From: Thermoproteota archaeon
Lineage (GTDB): Archaea; Thermoproteota; Thermoprotei; Thermofilales; B9-G17
Reading direction: 5' to 3'
Assembly (NCBI GenBank): GCA_029258885.1
Contig: JAPDJW010000009.1
Location: 108,879-172,878, forward strand
Length of the DNA: 64,000 nt
Shown: positions 59,318-64,000 of the stretch, piece after piece
How positions within the stretch are numbered: the stretch's first letter is position 1
How the letters are laid out: the number at the start of each line of letters is the position of its first letter
The notes under the pieces: model-generated
Seen by the model: the letters and a program-made list of their open reading frames with translations, nothing else
Databases searched by the model: none
What the model was told of the DNA's origin: nothing
Translations under genes and position numbers: made by a program

Positions 59318-59731
59318 TTACTCGCCCATTATCTCAACTATTATTCTCCTCACGCTACGTGGACCGTCGAGTTCAACTAGGAATATGTTCTGCCAAGTAC
59401 CTCTAATTAGTCGTCCATCTTTAACAGGAAATATTCTAGCAGACTCAATGAACGCTGAGGCTAGGTGTGCAGCAGCATTATCATCAATAAGGTTATGCTT
59501 CCACTTACCATCATGCGGATAATCCTCCCTAATCTTAGTAAGCATATCCTCCATTAAGCCGGACTCGTGTTCATTAGCTATAATCGCTGCAGTAGCATGT
59601 GGAGCATAGACAAGACACATCCCATTCTTAATACCGCTCTCCCTAACCGCCTTCTCAACCTCGTAGGTAATATCCACCAGCTCCAGCCGCCTACTAGTCG
59701 AAATCCTAAGCTCCCTAAAGAAGACCTTCAT
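59318..59731 (-). CDS. yjbQ: YjbQ/UPF0047 family protein (secondary thiamine-phosphate synthase family)
   Basis: PHATAAIIANE, HNLIDDNAAAHL, RGTWQNIFLVELDGPR. Confidence 0.92.
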   Translation of the reverse strand: MKVFFRELRISTSRRLELVDITYEVEKAVRESGIKNGMCLVYAPHATAAIIANEHESGLMEDMLTKIREDYPHDGKWKHNLIDDNAAAHLASAFIESARIFPVKDGRLIRGTWQNIFLVELDGPRSVRRIIVEIMGE

Positions 59732-59926
59732 ACACTACACCAATATCCCTTATAAAACCACCAATAATATAGTTTTTGCAGTTCTAGTAATCAAAGCAAC
59801 TAAATAACCGAGTACATACATATTTCGTGGCTTGTAGTCTCCTAAGCATCCTATTTCCGAAAAAATATTTTTATCGGAAAATTTATATTATCGGATATTG
59901 TTTAACCTATTGGGGGACATAATTAT

Positions 59927-60169
59927 ATGAAAGAAATGTACTTGAAAGTAGGTAAAAAGGGCGAAATATATACTTCGAAGGAAATTAGAAATCTGGTAGG
60001 CATTAAGCCATCTGGATATGTCATAGCTAAAATTTCTGAGGGCAAGCTTATAATTGAACCATTAGAAAGGGCTGAGGATATAATTAAGAAACCTAAAAAA
60101 ATCCAACTAACAGTTGAAGAATTTGAGAAGTTAAGTATGGAAGTTCAGAGGGAAATGCTTGAACCATAG
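59927..60169 (+). CDS. AbrB/MazE/SpoVT family antitoxin
   Basis: LKVGKKGEIYTSKEIRNLVGIKPSG..GKLIIEP; overlaps PIN gene; TCCGA/TCGGA inverted boxes at 59856-59878. Confidence 0.85.
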   Translation: MKEMYLKVGKKGEIYTSKEIRNLVGIKPSGYVIAKISEGKLIIEPLERAEDIIKKPKKIQLTVEEFEKLSMEVQREMLEP

Positions 60170-60587
60170 AGGCCTACTGTTGGATACAAGCTATCTACTA
60201 CCCATATTCGGGATAGACATAAGCTTAGAGATGCCTTTAAATGTTATTCTAAACAGTGGACAAAGCCTCCTCTATAATCCCGTAAGCCTCATCGAAATCA
60301 AGTGGGTATACTATAAACTAGTTAGAATGAAGAGAATAGATTTGAGAGATGCGAGGAAAAACTATATCCTAGGATTAAACATCCTAAAAGCAGATGAGAG
60401 ATTTAGAGAAACACCACTTACAACCCCAGCAATAGAGAGAGTAGCAGACATACTCCATGACATGGGTCTTAACGACTATTTCGACCGCATGATAGCAGCC
60501 ACATCAATAGTAGAAAAACTCAAGCTTATAACCGATGATCAAGAACTAAAGTACATAAGGGAGAAATATTTAAAATTCATTAAGTAG
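60159..60587 (+). CDS. vapC: PIN-domain (VapC-like) toxin
   Basis: LLDTSYLLP, SLIEI, DYFDRMIAATS, LITDD. Confidence 0.88.
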   Translation: MNHRGLLLDTSYLLPIFGIDISLEMPLNVILNSGQSLLYNPVSLIEIKWVYYKLVRMKRIDLRDARKNYILGLNILKADERFRETPLTTPAIERVADILHDMGLNDYFDRMIAATSIVEKLKLITDDQELKYIREKYLKFIK

Positions 60588-60607
60588 AATAGAAACCTAA
60601 AACTTTA

Positions 60608-61078
60608 CTATTTTTTCAATATTATAACGTTAAATAATCCTTTTCTTCTACGTTCAATGAGGCCACGTGCTTCAAGTTTATCTAGAATTATACTTACCAT
60701 ACTCTTAGATAGGCCTGATTTATCGACTATCTCACTCTGTAGCGCTACTCCTCCCATTGAGGCTATAATTTCATAGATCCTTCTCTCATTTAAGCTTAGA
60801 TTCTCCATCCTGTGCCGTAGCTCACGCCTAGTTAATTGGAGAAACAGATATATCCCGCTGGCCGTAGCTACGGCTGTAAAGACTATAATCATAACTACAT
60901 CGTATATTGTGTATAGATGGTTGACCTCCTCAACGTATACGTTTAATCCCTCCTGAACCTCAATTCTAATGTTAATTGGACTCTGAACCTCAGAGACAAC
61001 AATATATATGGATATAATGTAGGCTAGTAAAGCCGTAACTCCCAGTAATCTACGCCTTAACTCAATACCTACTCTCAT
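60608..61078 (-). CDS. Membrane-anchored winged-helix transcriptional regulator
   Basis: Two TM segments followed by LQSEIVDKSGLSKSMVSIILDKLEARGLIERRRKG. Confidence 0.85.
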   Translation of the reverse strand: MRVGIELRRRLLGVTALLAYIISIYIVVSEVQSPINIRIEVQEGLNVYVEEVNHLYTIYDVVMIIVFTAVATASGIYLFLQLTRRELRHRMENLSLNERRIYEIIASMGGVALQSEIVDKSGLSKSMVSIILDKLEARGLIERRRKGLFNVIILKK

Positions 61079-61126
61079 ACTAAAACCTTACATTAATCAA
61101 TACGTGGAGCAGAAATATTTCAATTA

Positions 61127-61139
61127 TGGTTTAAAACCA
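61127..61139. promoter_or_regulatory. TGGTTT-A-AAACCA palindrome in the divergent promoter
   Basis: Between the membrane wHTH gene and ORF 61226. Confidence 0.45.
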
Positions 61140-61225
61140 GTTTAAATCAGGCATAAACCATGTTAAAAATAGATTTATAAGATAAATTTTTATGCGATAT
61201 ATAAAATATCTTAACTAGTGATAAC

Positions 61226-62218
61226 ATGACTAGGCATATAGCCTTAATCCTCATCCTAGTAATACCGCTATTATTGGTAGCTTTATTTTACTTAGGGATT
61301 GTTTCAAAGTTTAATTTTACACCAGTAATCTCTAGGGGCGTAATTAGGGAAGATGAGCTAATTATAATACGTTTAATAATGCATAGAAATTTAATAAAAG
61401 AAGGGGACGTTTTTATAATTGGAGGAGAAGATATATCGCTATACAGTGGCTATATAAGGATACTATTTCAGACAGACAGCATCCTTATAAGAGTAGGGGA
61501 TCTAAAAATCAGCTTTAGAAGGGACGATTTAGTTAACGGTGTTGCCGTATATAATACAACCGTGAACAATTATCCCTTAAAGGCAGTTGCAGGCATAGTG
61601 GAAAATACGACGTTATCATCATTTCTTAACATTACGGAATGCATATCCATCAACTGTAGCTTTATGAATCTAACTGCATACATAAGCCCCACGTTACAGA
61701 AGTTTAATGGACAAAACATATGCTATAGGTATTGGTATTCAATGCTAATTTTTAGCCAGATAAATAGGACGTATATAGCTCTGCCCTTATCGGATAATAT
61801 AAATGGAACAAAAGTCGTAGTATATGTCAATGTACGTCCGAACTTTAATCTTATACCGGAGAAGCTGCGCTTCCCCACTAAAGGAGAGGATATCCTGGAA
61901 ATAGTAATTCTAAGGGACTTAAGAGGAACTCTCATAATATTTTACTCAGAGGATTTTCTCGAGGAAGAGTTCCTTGAAAAGCCCTATAAGGAGGAGACGA
62001 GATTGATATTAAGTATTCTCGAGAATAACAAAATTGTAAGGAATATGTTAAACAGTAACTGTACAATTGAAAAAATTGGTGTAAGTAGATTTGGATACAA
62101 GCTCCATTCGGCATATGTATATATTAGCTGTAGGGAGCTGGAGAATTACAGGATAATAGTAGTGGTAAATCCAAAATCATCTAATATAGATAGAATAATT
62201 CTCACGCCGAGAGGGTAA
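61226..62218 (+). CDS. Hypothetical N-terminally anchored extracellular protein
   Basis: N-terminal hydrophobic helix, many N-x-S/T sequons; no family recognised. Confidence 0.65.
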   Translation: MTRHIALILILVIPLLLVALFYLGIVSKFNFTPVISRGVIREDELIIIRLIMHRNLIKEGDVFIIGGEDISLYSGYIRILFQTDSILIRVGDLKISFRRDDLVNGVAVYNTTVNNYPLKAVAGIVENTTLSSFLNITECISINCSFMNLTAYISPTLQKFNGQNICYRYWYSMLIFSQINRTYIALPLSDNINGTKVVVYVNVRPNFNLIPEKLRFPTKGEDILEIVILRDLRGTLIIFYSEDFLEEEFLEKPYKEETRLILSILENNKIVRNMLNSNCTIEKIGVSRFGYKLHSAYVYISCRELENYRIIVVVNPKSSNIDRIILTPRG

Positions 62219-62797
62219 CTAATCAAGTCTTTCGATAATGAATTTATCAATTCTACCATTCCTTACAACAGTTTTTATTTTCCCGCTAATAGTCTTCGCC
62301 CTGGCAAGCGTTAGGGCTATTCCGTAGAAGTCGCCTGAGGATACGGCTAGATGTAGAGTGTATAGGATGTAGAGGAATAGGCGGAGCGGCCCCCTATATA
62401 GGAGTAGATCGACGTTGGAGCTGGATATAAGGGCTGAAGCCAGTAGGATGACTGTTAAAATTTGGGGTGATAGGGCTACGGCGATATACTGTGTAATGGT
62501 GGCTTCATCGTAGATAACCATTAGAGCCAGCGGTACCACCTTAAACCTAACAACCTTAACCTTGAGAACCCTTACTCCTAAGGCTCTAAATACAATCAGA
62601 TGTATGGCCTCGTGTACAAGAGATATAAGTAGAGTAATGAGTAGCAGAGATAAAAGCTCAACCTCAAATTCACTTACCTTTGGAAACTCCATTAAACTAT
62701 ACTGGAAAATAGACATTAAAAGCATTAGGAAGGCTAAAGCAGCCACTATAAAAGCGTCCCTATAGCCAAGCTTAATTTCAATAATTCTATCGTTCAT
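62219..62797 (-). CDS. DUF3267-like membrane zincin metalloprotease
   Basis: HEAIH in TM, ALSPQ, HLAVSSGDF. Confidence 0.78.
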   Translation of the reverse strand: MNDRIIEIKLGYRDAFIVAALAFLMLLMSIFQYSLMEFPKVSEFEVELLSLLLITLLISLVHEAIHLIVFRALGVRVLKVKVVRFKVVPLALMVIYDEATITQYIAVALSPQILTVILLASALISSSNVDLLLYRGPLRLFLYILYTLHLAVSSGDFYGIALTLARAKTISGKIKTVVRNGRIDKFIIERLD

Positions 62798-62824
62798 ACA
62801 TTTATAGTAAACATTGAAGGTTTA

Positions 62825-62980
62825 TTATTTCATGCATATCTGAGCTTCGTCGAAAAGCAGTATCTCGAGGGAAATAATAAACTCATCAATAAGCACAGGC
62901 GATTCAAGGGTAGCATAAAATAATGCAATAGTGAATATCAGCGAAAGAACGATAGCTACTGCTAAATCCCTCCTATTCAT
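62825..62980 (-). CDS. Possible 51-aa single-TM protein (below cutoff)
   Basis: MNRRDLAVAIVLSLIFTIALFYATLESPVLIDEFIISLEILLFDEAQICMK with GGAGGGG RBS. Confidence 0.4.
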   Translation of the reverse strand: MNRRDLAVAIVLSLIFTIALFYATLESPVLIDEFIISLEILLFDEAQICMK

Positions 62981-63070
62981 GCTAACCCCTCCATTATACC
63001 GGGAAAAGAGGGGAAAACTTCAGAATAAACATTATCCACGTTCTACTTAGAACGTAAAAATAATGGAAAG

Positions 63071-63466
63071 CTAAGCCTTAATGAGTCCCCTTAAAATTCT
63101 ATCTCTAAGCTTTAAAGCCTTCCTGAGATCCTCCTTAGTAATTAGATGACTCTGGGGACAGTACTCGTCTACGGTAACGCCCTCAAAATCCACATAGAAC
63201 ACTATGGGGTAGAGCCTGCATCCGATAGGCCTATATTTGTATACCCTGCATAGCCCGCTGGCTGGATCGTAGAATATGCAGTGGCCGTCAATGTTCCTCA
63301 ATCTGAGGTATCCATCCCTATATTCAGCGTAATCCTCAACCCTATATCCAAGCGATGCTAGACGCTGAATATCCTCAACTGTTAATATCATCTCTGTATT
63401 AATACAGCATCTACCACACTTTTTACAAAATTCATTGTTCTCAAGAATTGATAACATATGTTCCAC
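63071..63466 (-). CDS. YkgJ family cysteine-cluster (putative Fe-S/Zn) protein
   Basis: CKKCGRCC, CIFY, CRVYKYRPIGCRLYP, C. Confidence 0.9.
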   Translation of the reverse strand: MEHMLSILENNEFCKKCGRCCINTEMILTVEDIQRLASLGYRVEDYAEYRDGYLRLRNIDGHCIFYDPASGLCRVYKYRPIGCRLYPIVFYVDFEGVTVDEYCPQSHLITKEDLRKALKLRDRILRGLIKA

Positions 63467-63679
63467 CTTATTGTTCTAAGCAAATATGGATTTATCAACT
63501 AGTTTTCTTCCACCTTTATGACTTGAAATAAAGTTCCGGTGTATATATGTTATACGATATTCGTAAAATAAGGGCTGCAATAGCTAGTAGTGGTTTGTTA
63601 AAGTAGGTCACTAACTTATATCTTAAGCTCTCTTTAATCGCATACTATTTATATGTGCGGAGCTGTTATTAGTTTTACA

Positions 63680-63975
63680 ATGAAAAAACTATTACAATCA
63701 AGGTTCCAGAATGGGTAAGCGAGAAAGAAGTTGAGAGAATCATTTCTTTTCTATTCGAGACTAGAGATAGGATGAGCGTCGATGAAGTTAGGGCCTTACT
63801 TGGAATAAGTGAGCTTTCTGAAGACATAGATATTTCTAAAGCAGGAAAGGTGAGAGAAAAAGACAGGGAGAGAGGTGCTGACAACTTAAGTTTATTGGGA
63901 GGGTCCGTAGCCTATAATGTATGGGCAACAAGCAACATAAGCTCTTTAGGAGACTACGGACCCCATTATGGATAA
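63680..63975 (+). pseudogene. Decayed small antitoxin-like gene, frameshifted in an A6 run after the start
   Basis: ATG at 63680 hits a stop after 12 codons; the shifted frame reads TITIKVPEWVSEKEVERII...MSVDEVRALLGI; no PIN partner follows. Confidence 0.4.
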
Positions 63976-64000
63976 TGCTCTACGCAATATATCTTTATCT

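Noticed and set aside
113-63884. Numerous antisense or alternative-frame ORFs in the track (e.g. 1763+, 2972-, 22148+, 36582+, 58595+)
   Set aside because: They lie wholly opposite or inside well-supported genes and show no motifs; treated as shadow ORFs
1-64000. CRISPR array, transposase, integrase or prophage
   Set aside because: No regularly spaced 24-40 bp direct repeats and no transposase, integrase or capsid motifs seen
59220-64000. Integrated element at the tRNA-Ala 3' end
   Set aside because: No duplicated tRNA 3' end (att site) or integrase within the window; cannot be excluded beyond it

Overview
64 kb of an archaeal chromosome, most consistent with a TACK/Thermoprotei-like organism (TTTATA-type promoters, GGTGA/GGAGGTGA ribosome-binding sites, archaeal-type ProRS/GlyRS/ThiDN/ThiR, C/D-box sRNAs; taxonomy is inference). 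About 55 densely packed CDSs. Housekeeping: adk, gdhA, korAB, proS, glyS, thiI, sua5, suhB, alkA. There is also a thiamine-salvage operon (cytX-thiDN-thiW plus an orphan P-loop protein) with a nearby ThiR regulator, several transporters, two intact vapBC-type TA pairs and one decayed antitoxin, one tRNA-Ala(CGC), three clear and one probable C/D-box sRNA, and two disrupted genes (fprA with an in-frame TAG; a beta-propeller gene with a 1-nt frameshift). No CRISPR array, transposase or integrase was seen. Most notable: (1) unrelated membrane proteins ending in a cytoplasmic poly-proline tail (three with exactly eight Pro, one with five), arranged with two giant surface proteins, one carrying a ~760-aa cytoplasmic helical/coiled-coil region; (2) a tRNA-Ala intact everywhere except base pairs 1:72 and 2:71, a candidate for 5' editing/repair; (3) several perfect palindromes that look like operators, including a 26-bp one in front of the thiamine operon. 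All family assignments come from motif recognition by eye, not database searches.
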